This document shows, piece by piece, positions 25,878-38,160 of a stretch of 64,000 nt of DNA. The translations under genes were made by a program, and so were the position numbers. The first letter of the stretch is position 1. Each line of letters opens with the position of its first letter. The stretch is from Haplodiscus bocki (Eukaryota): the NCBI GenBank assembly GCA_965655095.1, contig OZ296656.1:70990001-71054000 (forward strand), read 5' to 3'. The notes under the pieces were generated by a model. That model was not told the origin of the DNA. It was given only the letters and a program-made list of their open reading frames with translations, and searched no databases.

Positions 25878-28800
25878 CTACAAAAAACATCAAACTGCTT
25901 TAACATTAAAGATAATAAGGAGTGGAAAACTTAAGTCAAAATGTACTGGTATCAGTTTCTGAATATTTTAAATAATGACTTTCGCGTAAACCATCATTAA
26001 TTGATTGTATTTTAAAAATCTAACGACATTCAGCAATCTCAGCTGACCTTTTGTAGCGTTTTTGATTTTTCTCCAGTAAAATATATAAATTAGGCTACAA
26101 GAAGCTCTCTGGTTTCCAGAAAGAAAACACATAATCTCAATGAGACTGAACTGCAGACCCCATCTGTGTCAGGAGAGATGGAAGGTTGGTATTTTCAGGT
26201 ATTTTTAAGAAATCAAAATTAACAGCAGATTAAACTTTAATTGAAATTCCATTTCAGAACTCGCAGAAAACCAAATAATTTCTGTACCAAAATTCGATAA
26301 TTTCATTCCACGACGTCAACTTTTGACGTTTAAAACATTTTATAGGCGCAGCTATTTATTTTTTCATCGCCGAAAAAAGTTTTGACCACCACTGCACGTA
26401 AAAAGTGTATTTCCTTTTCAGAACATTAAAGTTTCAGGACATTTCACCCCACGTACATTTCGAACCGAAGACATTTAACCCTAGAATAAAAAATTAGTTT
26501 GGCCCAAGCTTTATTCTTTATGAATCAGTAGCAGTTATGAAATTATTATGCCTATAAATTGAGAGTAATTAGCGCTCTCAATGAAAACATTAATACTTCC
26601 TCGTTAGTTGATGCATTGCAATAAAGTGGATCCAACTTACAAACTGGACACACTTCATTTTCATTGCTTCAAAACTCGAATGAAAACTAAGTTTGAAACC
26701 ACCTTGTGAAAAGGTCTCTGAGACACCATCACTAAAAAGTTGAACTCAGAGACAATACGATGAGTAGCGTTGAATTTGCGCATCTAGCAAATCAAAAACA
26801 ATTCTGGTTGTAGAAGGTTGCAAAACAAATGAGAAACAATGTTAACTACAGCCTGAAACTGCGCCCAATAACAGACAGCTGAAGAACCACTTCAATGACT
26901 GGCGAGCAGTTGAATTCGTTTCCAGGAAAACACAAGCAGGATGTGCAATTACGAAAAAATCGAGTTAGACAAGTCGCAAAAAAAAGATCGAAGAATTAGT
27001 GAAAATTCAATTCGCACAGTTTCATATGCTGAGAGTGCAGCAGTATTTTATCAGCTGTATACCGTTTACTTTCAGATTATGGAAAAGCACCAGCATGCGG
27101 CTATGTCTTCCAGCCGAACAAAACATTAACGTTTTCTAGATATTCCGTTGTCATCCTCTCGAATGCAGATTCCGATTTAAAAATTGATCCACTTTGACTC
27201 ACCTGCCATGAACGCCTCCGAAAAGGCACTACCCAGTGCTAGCACATCTGGACGCTTCTTCCACTTACTACAGAACTTCAGTAGGTGAACTAGGGCTGAG
27301 AAAGTTGTACCAGTCAAAGCCCGAGTTGTCGCTGGCTTTGAAACTTATAACAATTTTGGCCTTTGAAGAAACTTGAAAACTGAAATCCTTGATGAAACTG
27401 ATCGGAGAAATTTGAGAAGCATCCGAGCAGCTCTCCTTCACTTCCGGTGGGTTGAAAACACGTACGTTGAAAACTGAAAGTTGAAAATTTTTGTATTTCC
27501 GAAATACCAATACCTAAATTGAGAAAAACTTGAGGAGCCACTAATCCTCCATTAGTATAGAAAATCAGAGGATTCATTGCAAGGCGTTGGTAGTTCTACT
27601 ACCAACGCCATCGAAGGATGGCAATTTGGGATCTAAGCCTCATTCTCGGGCTCCGATCGAAGTCTGAGCAAAAATTGAGGAACAATACAGCAACTGAAAA
27701 TTATCTGTAATTGCAGTCAACAGCTGGTATGCAAATGTTAAGAAGTAACGAAAGATGCAGGTGAAAGTGAAAAACGCGATTGAACGTCATTGAGATAAAA
27801 ATACTATTCCCTTTCTTAGAGCAATGGCTTCTTTGTCAATGTTAAATCATTCCTCAGAAAAACATTAATTTTGAGTTTATCGTGCCGGAAAAATCATTTT
27901 TGCTGAAAACTACAAAGCTTTCCCAGCGAAAATCTATCACAAAAATCGGGAAGATATTAGGGTTTTTCGTCTTTCCCATAGCATAACCTTGATTTTCCCA
28001 GCCCAGGAAGCTAGAAATTTGGAAAAATCTCAATTCAGGAAGTAGGAGGACTTTAGGAAAATTCAAAGGCTAGACTAAAGTATGCCAGTTCGCCAGCAAG
28101 TGCTTGGCCACTTAGCTGGTCTTGTTACATAAGGTAGTGAAAAATACGTTCAACGAAAGAAGCGTGTGCAGGTATATTTCACTTCTACAAGCTGTTGCTC
28201 ATACTGCGTCACAATCAGTGATTGGCACATCAAAAATATTCAACGTAAAAATATTTGTGCTTGTTTACTTTTGTTCACAATGACAATGCTCATTTTGGAC
28301 GTACAAGTTGTATTCATTGCGTGCACTGAAATTTGAGTTAATGCTAGATTCTAGTTGACAGTTCATTACCGTTATGCGTGCAAATAGTGAGCGGCGGCTT
28401 TTGGGTCGAAATTGCTCGCTTGTTTACACTTCAATTACGCAATATTCGTTCTTTTTTCAAATTCCGTTTGATTCACTGAATTGGCTTTTCATAAAGTGTA
28501 GTGAAATGCCCATGCAGTGAAATTTCGTCGGGTTTAAAATGTCATGTAACCCCTAAAAATCCCATTAGCCTAAGAAAAATCAATGTTTCGATTGACATCT
28601 TGCATATATATTGTTTTTCAAGCGTTGAAAACATCTCATGACTGAAAACGATCAAAAATCAATTACCTGATTATATAAGTAAATACCTTATTACCTTAGA
28701 ATTATCAAGTAACTTCGCAACACATTCTGATTTGTCAGTTGAGATCACGGCTCCCAAAAGACATTGGAACCATAATCAGAGATGTGATCATTTCTCTGAT

Positions 28801-29223
28801 GTGATTGATGGAACCAAAGGTGAAATTTGGAACCATAATTTAAAAGTACTACAGCTGTCAATCAAAAGTTTGTTCGAAAAATGCCAAATTGAGATAATTG
28901 CCTGTCACAGTCGAAAAGTTGAAGTCAAGTTGAATGTCTTTTCAGGTTACTCCATCTTGCTAACCAGTGTTCAAAAAGTTTGCACAATAATCAACGCGAA
29001 AATGTACAAGTACCTGCCAAAGAGGCCGCTTTTGACCGTTCACACAAGATGACTGGACTCTCTGATGACGTCAAAAAACGCAAGTATTAGCCGGTTTCAA
29101 ATATTCCAATAACCATTCTTCTTTTCATTCAGTCAAAACATTCAAAAAGATAGTCACTGATTTTTTTTGGACAATTCAAGACGACTCATAGCAATATTTA
29201 CGTACTAATAGCAAGCAACTTAC

Positions 29224-29635
29224 CTATTGAGACCCCGTGACTGTATACGCTCTCTCTGTCGTCTTTGCACCGCATTCCTTCTAAGCGCAGCTTTCTCATT
29301 CTCCTCCTCCTTCTTCATCAACTCTTTCCTCAAATTTTCCGGATCCTTTCCAGCGATGGGCAGCACTTTGATCTGTTGTTTCTTCTGACTTCTCTCCGCT
29401 AACGAGAGAGTCATTTTACGATGTGTGAACGATTCGGTGGAATGAGGTCTGAATATGAGTTTGTTCTGAAAAACTGCCATGCCCTGAAGACCAGTACCTT
29501 GTCGAACGAACAGGTGATTGAAGTCTCCGCTCATTTTCATTCGGTGCGCATCAAAAATTTCTTTACCCAGATGCAATGTTAAGCTGCCATCAGACCAACG
29601 CACGAACCTGGCGTTGCTTTCTTTGACCACGTTAC
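29224..29635 (-). CDS. LEO1: LEO1 coding exon (Leo1 domain)
   Basis: [57 protein letters not shown]; canonical splice sites at 29636 and 29223. Confidence 0.97.
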
Positions 29636-30213
29636 CTGAAATCCATTCAAAAATCAAGATTGCAGATAATTTTAATTAATTTAAATAGCAGTAGAATGAA
29701 ATCCTATAGAAAATGGAGATGGTGAACCGTGTCTCGGATTTTCCAAACTATCAAAAATTTTCTGCCGTCATTGCCGATGGTACGAATCAAGCAAGTGAAA
29801 ATAGCGAGCCAATAAAAAGCGAGTAAAAAACACTGTGATTGTGTCTCGGCTATGGCGTCATGATGATCATGCCGAATGAAGAAAGCCAGTGAGTGCATCA
29901 AGTCGTCCTCCAAATTCACTCGCCTGCTTTATTCATCCAGTGTCATAACAGTGACTTCGAAGCCAAAAAACGTGAAGGGATCTTTAAAATGAATTGGACA
30001 GATTGAACATTTTCTGAATCATTCAAGTTGAAAGAGGCTCATAAAAATTTTTCAGACAAAAGCTAAGTAGGGGTATGAAGAACAACATTGACCTAAGCTC
30101 TAAGTGTTCTGATGCGTTCTTCCTGCATTAGTCTGGCACTATTATAAAGAAAGCGAAAGCGCCTATTGAAATTGAACTATAACATTAAACTTTTGTGTTG
30201 TTCATCAACTTAC

Positions 30214-31318
30214 CTTCTTCGTCGATTGGAACGTTCCTCCACCGAATGGTATTCTCGCATTTCAACTTCAGCCTCGATCGGCCTTCTTCGTCCAAAATGT
30301 CGTCTTCGTCAATTTCATCTTCATACAACATTGGGTCAAAAGGACGAGTTTCTACACTCAAAAAGTTTGGCAGTTTAACGAAAAAGTGCTCGTCTCCGAG
30401 GTCCGCGTTTACTTTGGGAATTTCAACTTCAATTCTCGTTTCTTCCTGGACTTCTTCCTCGGGTTCCTGCTGGATTTCATGTGTCTCATCTTGATTTTCT
30501 TCTTGAGTCCGACTTTTTGTTTCGGCATCCTCGTCTTCATCTGAGATCGCCACTTTCTTCTTCTTGTTGACAACGATATCGTCTTCATCTTCTTCTTCTT
30601 CGGCTTCACTGGACGAATCGAGATCTTCGCCAAACAAATCAGAAGCCGAAGGCTTCGCCCTTTTTTGCACCCCGGATCCTTCTTCGGCATTGCTTAAGTT
30701 ATCTTGATCTTGGTTGTCAGAAGCAATGCCATCTTCTTTGTTTTCTTCTTCTGAAGATTCGTCATTTTCATTCTGCTTTTCTGGAGATCCAGGCTCTTCG
30801 GTGTTTTCTTCCATAAGCATTTCAGTTCGACTTTCCGGGATTTTTTCGTTTTCATTTTCTTGTTCTCGCTCTTGTTCTTCTTCATCGCTTTTCTCATCAT
30901 CGTCATAATCGTTATCGTTTGCAGCATCAGGATTATCAATGCCATTGTCAGTGCTTGCCATGATATTATCATTTTCTTCTGAACGCTCTTCATTGTTATC
31001 GCCCGTGTTAGATTCTTCGTTATTGAACTGGTTACTATTGGAATTACTTTCCGGATCATTTTGAATATCTCTGGATTCTACCTGCTGTTGCATCTCATCA
31101 CCTTCGCTTCCACTCTCTTCTGATTCCGACCCACTGCTTGAATTATCAGTCCCATTTTCCGGCTCTCTTTCGGGTAAATCTTTACTGCTGATGTCCTCGG
31201 GTTGCCCAAAATGTCCGTCCTCAGTTTCCTCGTGATGTCCCCTGGTAGTTTCTTCGTTTTCCACGTTATCGCTGGAAACCCCACTTTCTTCACCGGATCC
31301 CTCTTCATCGTCTTCTTC
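30214..31318 (-). CDS. LEO1: LEO1 large exon (acidic region and start of Leo1 domain); 5' boundary uncertain
   Basis: [43 protein letters not shown]; donor GAAG|GTAAGT at 30213; the frame is open upstream to the transposon end. Confidence 0.92.
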
Positions 31319-33503
31319 CTGATCAGTGATGACAGTTTATATATGTCTTGTTATTTTCAAGGCAAGAAAAATATCTGGTCCTCCATTCAGGTTCTTGGAA
31401 AAGATCCCCCCGGCGGGTCTCGAATATCGAAGCACAAGAACCAAAAAGAGCACTTTGAGGCTACCAGTACCTAATGAAAAATATGGCAACCTAGGGAATG
31501 AGGAGGCTCGCTTTTGGTAGAAAGTAGATCCTATAAAAAGACTGAAGCTTGAAACATTTGAATTGCGTATTTGTAACAGTAACAAGTGCGTTCTTATCCT
31601 ATCTGATGCATTTGTAGTAAAAAAAATGACTTGGAAAAAAGCGAAAATTCAAGAGAGGCCGAAAATAGTTATATCGGCTTCTCAAATACGTTTTTTTCCA
31701 AAAAACGCTAAACTTTGAGAAAATTGACAAGAGTATATATTTGTATCGCCTTCTACGAAGTCAGAGCAAAAAAACTGATATGGAAGACGAAATCGCAGAA
31801 ATTCTCGGGGAAAAAACGGAAAGGTACCTATTTTGGTCAACTTTAGAGCACTCACAAAACCTCCACTTCGAGAACAATCAAGAAATCCTTTAAATTAGGC
31901 AAACATGTGTTTTATATTGATTTGACATGAACAAGAGCTAGAAAAATGGTCCAGATGTCAGAAGTGCAAAAATTCCTGATTAATTTTTGATAAAACCCGG
32001 CTTCTCGATAAAAATTCATAATAACCAAGAAATTTCTCACAATTCATCCTCCAGTACTGATCCATGGTAAATTTCAAGCCCAACGTTTATTTGGACACTT
32101 CCAAATTTCCGGAAAAAACACTGAATCTAGTGTTTCCTTCACTGATTTCAAGAGCACCAAAAGTACCATATCAGAGCAAATTCTCAAAATTCAAAAAAAC
32201 TTCAAAACCTCTTTTGTATCAAATTGTGCCGGATATGTAGTATAATTATTCCTGAAGGCAAAATAGCAAAAAAACCGAGGAAATGTTGGAGAAGAGCTTT
32301 TTTTGCTGGTTCGAAAACACCATAGGTTAACTTGATCAAATAAAACACCTGAATTTTCATCATAAACTGATTGAATTTTTTCTTCAGCAACGTTTTTTAT
32401 TGCATTGTAGCTAAAAAAAGCATATTTAACAAAACAGCGAAAAGTGAGCAAAAGTGAAAAAAATTCAGCTACTCCTTCTCAACCAAAAAATCGCAAACGT
32501 GAATGAAAAACATTATTTAAAAATCCGGCTGCAAAACTGTTAGACTTGTGCTTGCTTGTGCCTGCTAGACTTGTTTTTGACGAGTCACTAAAAACTTGAT
32601 ATAGAAACCAAAAGTGGACGAATTATGGAAATTAGCTACTTTTGATATAGTTCAACGCTACCCACTAAAAAGGTCATGGACAAATGACGCACAGAAGTGT
32701 CCGAGTGAGGTTATGTGCGATCTGAACAAAAGGTCAACATCATCCATATGATATCTTCCGCCTTCGATATTAAAACCAATAAAATTTTAAATTATTGCAT
32801 CGTAGTTTGCCCGATTTTGATTGGACGAGACCTAATGCTTGGGGAAAATTTACTGTAAAAGGCATAACGCTATACTTGCTCAGCAGACAAAAGTAATAGA
32901 GTATTGCCGGCTTTTACATCAATGTCGAACAGTCGTGCGAAAATTAGGATCTTCGCCAAATTAGGCCAGAAAAAAGATCTGGATTAGGCCAGAAAAGACT
33001 TTCAAAAAAAGGAGTCCTTCCTAATTTAAAACATACACATCAACGATGCTAACCATGAGAAGGTAAGAAATTAGCATAGCTAGCAGCCAAGAATTGCCCG
33101 AGTCTCCGCCGCCCCCAAGACTCAAAATACTCGTAGAGCCTCAATATTTTGGAAAGTTTCGGTCTTTTCAAGAAAACTCTGCTTTTCAGGAAAACAGTAC
33201 ATTAAAGAGAAGTACAGTAATACCCCGTGTTTCCATCATCCAAGCAGTAAGGTTCAGCGGATAATCGAAGGCATTGACTGACAAAGGAAACGAGCATAAT
33301 TATCTTATTTTCAAGAATTAAAAGTCAATAACCATTTTGTGGAAGTTGGCTTAGAGTCGAGTTCGGTGGACAGTTACCAGAGCCAGAAGATATAAATTGA
33401 CAAGTTGGCGAGTATTGAATTGTTCGAAAAAAATCAAAATTCAAAGAAGTATATCAATATTTTTTCTGGTATACGCAACTTTTTAGGTGCTTCTATAGAT
33501 TTT

Positions 33504-33907
33504 ACAAAGAAGCGAAGCCCTGCTTCGCAATACGTGCGCTAAAGGAGTAAATTAAACAAATCGAACAAGTATACCTAATTTTTGAACAGGCCACGGTGCT
33601 GCGAAAACTACTGATTGAACAATTGAGCAGAAATTTAATATGTTATTTTTCTTATATGCAAGTACGAACGGCTGTGGCATTAAAGAATTCGCTTTATATT
33701 TGAAACAAGGGCGCACGCTGGAAAACAGGCCACGCGAACAGTTTTTTCGCATTTGCGCGAGAGAACACGAACACACTTTTGCAGGCAAGTGAGAGCACAT
33801 GAACAAAATCTAGGAGTATTAGAATCTAGGAAAAAATGCGAGTACAGAACGGATCGGAGAAAAAGTCCTCAGAAGCCTGTGATATCACTTGCTTGCGCAA
33901 GTGTAAT
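33504..33907 (-). mobile_element. HINE-like element, copy B (same ends, different interior), nested in the hAT element
   Basis: Perfect hairpin GCGAAGC-CCT-GCTTCGC at 33512; end GTGATATCACTTGCTTGCGCAAGTGTAAT is shared with 23133-23163. Confidence 0.7.
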
Positions 33908-34007
33908 CATGTCTGGGGAAAAAGTTCTATATGCTGGAAATAGCATAATGAGACATGGTTGAAATTGGACCAGCTCCGTGTCAGTCTGCTACCAGAAGCA
34001 AAAAAAA

Positions 34008-34342
34008 TAGGCACTAAGGATGCTAGGCACTAAGCGCTAAGTATTTAGCATAGTAAAAAAATTGGAATTGAGCGAATTTAGCAAAAACTTAAAAATAATG
34101 TTCAATGAGCGGAAAATGAGATCCGAATTCTGACAATATTCAAATCAATTACTATATTCACTTGAAAGCCAAGAATAAATAGCGACGTTGGATCTACCTT
34201 GCATGCGCGAAAAGGTGAGTGAACGTAAAAAAGTAAAAAATTATTCGCTTCTTTTTATTGCTTAGCTGGTCAGTCACGGCTGATTGGCGAAGAGAAAGGA
34301 AGAAAATAAATTTTATAGGCCTTAAGCTAAGCTCAATGCCTA
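34008..34342. mobile_element. MITE (TAGGCA...TGCCTA), nested in the hAT element
   Basis: Inverted ends TAGGCACTAAG / CTCAATGCCTA; homologous to 17418-17800. Confidence 0.65.
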
Positions 34343-34586
34343 CCAAGACAAAAAGTTAGCACTTGGAGGTTTTCACACAATGGGGGTATCAGAAATTTTT
34401 TTGGGTGTCGCAAAAAATGTAAACATATGGATAATATTGAGGAAATATGTCGACTTGAATTTCAGCATACTGATAAACGCAAAAAAAACTGTAACATTGC
34501 AAAAAAATGGACATCGGTAACTTTACTGAAAATTTAAAAGCTTAACAACTAAAAAAATTCCGAAGTCTTCAGAAACTTCATCACTG

Positions 34587-34850
34587 TTCCTGATTATCTT
34601 CTCTTTCACTATCTGCAGCTCCTTGTGACGTCATCATTTGGGACAGCATCGGCGAGACTGCATTTCTGGGTCCGAAGTTCTGTTGGTGAGGTAACTGCTC
34701 CGTCTCATTCTCGGCGACTTCGTCTTCGCGTTCGCTTTCGCCACTCTCGTCTTCTTCATCACCGTCAGAAGAACTCGCAGGCGATTCCGGACTTTCGTTT
34801 TCATCCACCGTTCCACCATGATCGTCCAGCTCGTCATTTTGTAATGCCAT
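34587..34850 (-). CDS. LEO1: LEO1 first coding block (acidic N-terminus)
   Basis: ATG-initiated S/D/E-rich ORF. It joins in frame to the 30214-31318 block (REDNQE|EDDEEGSG) once the element and one TSD copy are removed. Confidence 0.75.
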
Positions 34851-34999
34851 TGACTCTTAGCTCCAACAAGAAAAAATGCCTTTTCCTTTTCCCCACAAAT
34901 TAAAGCACAGGAAAATCAGCTCAAAATCATTCTGAAAATAATTTGCACATTTTCTTAGAGAACTAAACAAATTACATTACTTTAGTTATTAGTTTCCGC

Positions 35000-35496
35000 C
35001 CATATTTATACTATGGAAAGAAAATCATCCACTCAAAACGGTGAAATCGAACGTTTTTTTCACATTTTTGCAAATTGCTAATGTCCGACTTGACGCTAAT
35101 GTCCGGTACTGAGTTTGAAAATTCTTTATCACCAAATTACAGCAAATTTGCGGTAGAATGCGAGTCAAATGTAAAATTTCTCCAAAGGTACAAAATTTCG
35201 TTTTTTTTTTTGAAACATAGATGGGTTTTTCCAGAAAAAACTTGAATTTTTCAAATTCGCTAAAGGTGGCAAATTTGCTGTAGAATGCGTATATGATATT
35301 ATTTCTTGAAAATGTTTTTTCCAACTTAATTCTGAAGTTTTTCGGTGGAAAATCAGAAAACTTTTTTGAATTTGGAAAAATTGGAAGATACATGAAAGAG
35401 TAATTTTGAAAAAAAAACCGTTTTCATTCTTGTAAAAGACATCTTTAACAAAAGTGGACGGCGGAAAATATGACAGTGGTAGCGGGCCGTCTTGTT
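35000..35496 (-). repeat. Interspersed repeat fragment related to the 47967 element
   Basis: The reverse complement of its end, AACAAGACGGCCCGCTACCAC..CATATTTTCCGC, matches AACAAGACGGCCAGATAGCAC..CATATTTTTCGC at 47967. Confidence 0.5.
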
Positions 35497-35620
35497 ATCG
35501 ATTCGGTCAGAAAAACGTACACACCAAAGGTGCAGGTCATTAAAGCGCTAAGAATTTAGAATAGAATAAAACTCAGAATTAGAATTCAGCAAAATTTCCC
35601 ATCACTTCGAAAAACTGTAA

Positions 35621-35736
35621 GCTAATCACAGCGTCGGAAAAATGCAGACTAATCAACGCATCGGAGAAGTGTAAACTAATCAAAGCGTGGGAATATTTCC
35701 CATCGCGTCGGAAAAGCGAACAGTAATCAAAGCGTC
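35621..35736. repeat. Degenerate ~27-bp minisatellite
   Basis: CTAATCA(A/C)..CGTCGGA.AA unit recurring about four times. Confidence 0.6.
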
Positions 35737-35844
35737 AAAAATTTCGTAGCATACAATGGTTCATTGGTCAATTTCAACAGTTTGCAAATTTTCGACTCTT
35801 TGGCAATCAGCAATCTTCAGATGCAATGAATGGTCACCATTTTG

Positions 35845-36222
35845 AACACAGGCGAAGCTGTGCTACGCAACACTTGCGCCAACGGAATGCTAGAGAACAA
35901 ACCGAACAAGTATAATTATTTTAAAGGGGTCACGGTACTACAAAAGCTACTGATTAAACATAAATTTAATCAACTCAAATAAATCTTTTATACAAGTGTG
36001 ATAAGCACAAACGTTATATACGAATTTTTAACGCTATAATATTTCATTCGCTGATTCTGAAGCAACCATGGCACGGTGGTAGAACATGCGACTGCGGCGC
36101 CAACGGTCCAGGCGAGCCTAGGCCACTTCATTTTCTTTGGTCAAATCTAGGAACATGTGTTAGTTGTGAATGGATGGATTAAAAAAATTAACAGTGTTAT
36201 AACACTTGCTTGCGTAAGATTA
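35845..36222 (-). mobile_element. HINE-like element, copy C, with tRNA-like internal segment
   Basis: GGCGAAGCTGTGCTACGCAACACTTGCGCCAACGGAAT is nearly identical to 22771; internal TGGCACGGTGGTAGAACATGCGACTG resembles a tRNA 5' half (A-box). Confidence 0.7.
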
Positions 36223-37259
36223 AAAAGCAGAATACAAGATGCCAGTTAACGTGACAAATTTGAGAACATTTAAATCTACAGTGCTGTTCTAAAAGAATGC
36301 AACTCCGCGTTAGAAAATGGTGATTAATGGTAGCAAACTGTTCGAAAACGATCAATTGGGTATATAGTGCCAGGATAACGGGTTTCATAAAATTCGATGT
36401 AGATCGCATTGCTTCTCCCCCGAAAAGTTTTGGAACGATTTTACGGAATTTTCAAACAACCAATTTTGACTACTTTTCAATGTTTTTGCTGTTTTGTGAC
36501 AATTTTGAGCCGTAAAAAAGATGCTTTTAGCTTTTTATAATCTTAGTAGATGTCTCACACCTTATTTAGATGGTTATTTTGATATGGGGAAAATCTTGAT
36601 TTCACAGAAAGAGCGCAGGTTTTCCGAATCGAAAAAACACACCCGATTCTAATAGATATAAATGTGCCGTTCAAGACCTAACAGTTTGGCAAACATCTGG
36701 GGTCTCTGTTAATTTTGCAATCAAAATATATGATCATTCATGGAGGCATTTGGTGGCAGCTATATTACAAGTGTAAATCCAGAAAAACTACACAACATTA
36801 TAGACAACTATCTGAAGGAAATTTTGCCATAATTAATTTCGAATTTTCAAATTAAAATCAAACTTTGTGACATTCCGAAAGATAAACCACTTCGGGGCTC
36901 GGCTATCAAAGCATTAAAAGTAATTTAATGGACACCAATGGAGAGAAACATGCAAAATTGAAAAAAAAAATCTGCCATTTTTACCACAGAATTCTGCAGA
37001 ACTTGATTCATCACGTTGATCAAGAGCGCGATAAAAAATGGAGAAAAAATATTTGTAAAATCAAGAAGTTTGAAAAAAAGTGTTTTTTCTGGAAGTTTCA
37101 ACCATTCTTTCCTCAAAAAGGGAATTTCAGACTGAAAAAACTAATTTAATACCTTGGCAGATATATTTCCTTTGCTATGGGCCCCTACTACAGTCAGCTT
37201 TCAATAAAAAACAATAGAAGAACAAACGCGAAGCTTTGCTTCGCATACGCCTGCGACGA

Positions 37260-38160
37260 AGGTGAAGAAGGGCATTCAGTAATTGACCACCGAAGACAAA
37301 CTGCTCAGAGCGATAATCGCCGGGATATATTTGAAGAAACGAAAAATTCGCAGATCGAACTGAAAGCCGAGAAACTCTAAACTAATGGCCAGAAAGTATG
37401 AAAAAGGATATTCCTAGTACTCCACAGGATCTCCATATTGCGCATTTTGAATGAAAATTGGATGCCTGCAATCCAACCGCTCTTCCGGAGAAAACAAAAA
37501 TATTCGAGAAACATGTAACAATATTTCAAGACAAAAGCATCAAATAAGACTTGCCGGCCTACTCGCAGATTCTTCAAACTACGGGCCTCTGAAAAACTGG
37601 ATGGCCCCAATTCAAACAGTAGTCTCCCAAAAGAACTTTCAAGAAAAACGCAAGTAAAGAAAATTGAATGTTCAACAACAACCAAAAAGTATCGCCCGGA
37701 AAGAACGAAAGGGGAAGTCTCGGGGACTCTATAAAATCCACACACGGCGAGTTCTCTAACAAGCCCTCAAGGGCTGAACGCTATAGGGTACTCTCCCGAA
37801 AAAAAAACAACTTTCAGGAAGACGCAATCAAGACATTTCAAACCAAGAGTCAAGAAATTTTTCATCATGATTCCGGAAAGAAAGTTAGAACCTAGGGAAA
37901 CAATTAACTTTCCAAGCAACGTCAGCGGCAAAAGTCCGCAAATGAAGCACTTAATTCCATCAAAATGAAGCAAAACAAGACTTGAAACCTCAGAGCACAA
38001 AGGAAAAAAAATAACATTTTTTGGAAACCTGATTTTCGCGATAACTTGCCGAATTTTTTCGAAGAAACTTCCATTGCACACTTTTTGATGGAATGTGTTG
38101 TCTCCATTAATGCAAAAACTTTGAAGTTCCAAAGGAAACTAATTCTCTGTAAAGAGGAGA
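37260..38160 (+). pseudogene. Possible LINE ORF2 3' remnant
   Basis: ETSIAHFLMEC resembles the LINE C-terminal zinc knuckle (E...HFL..C); A-rich decayed coding texture. Confidence 0.35.

Larger units (their letters stand above)
31324..34586. mobile_element. Non-autonomous hAT-like DNA transposon inserted in LEO1 coding sequence
   Basis: TIRs CAGTGATGACAGTTT (31324) / AAACTTCATCACTG (34586); identical 8-bp flanks TTCCTGAT at 31316-31323 and 34587-34594; no transposase ORF recognised. Confidence 0.88.

Noticed and set aside
30166-31308. Overlapping and antisense ORFs over the LEO1 exon
   Set aside because: Expected shadows of low-complexity acidic coding sequence.
31337-31585. ORF in frame with LEO1 across one TAA (stop read-through or alternative genetic code)
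   Set aside because: It lies inside the TIR/TSD-bounded insertion and its composition is unlike LEO1; the in-frame position is coincidental.
31468-33579. TACCTAAT 8-mer at both 31468 and 33572 as a second TSD
   Set aside because: The second copy lies inside a HINE-like element, there are no adjacent TIRs, and a chance match is plausible in AT-rich DNA.
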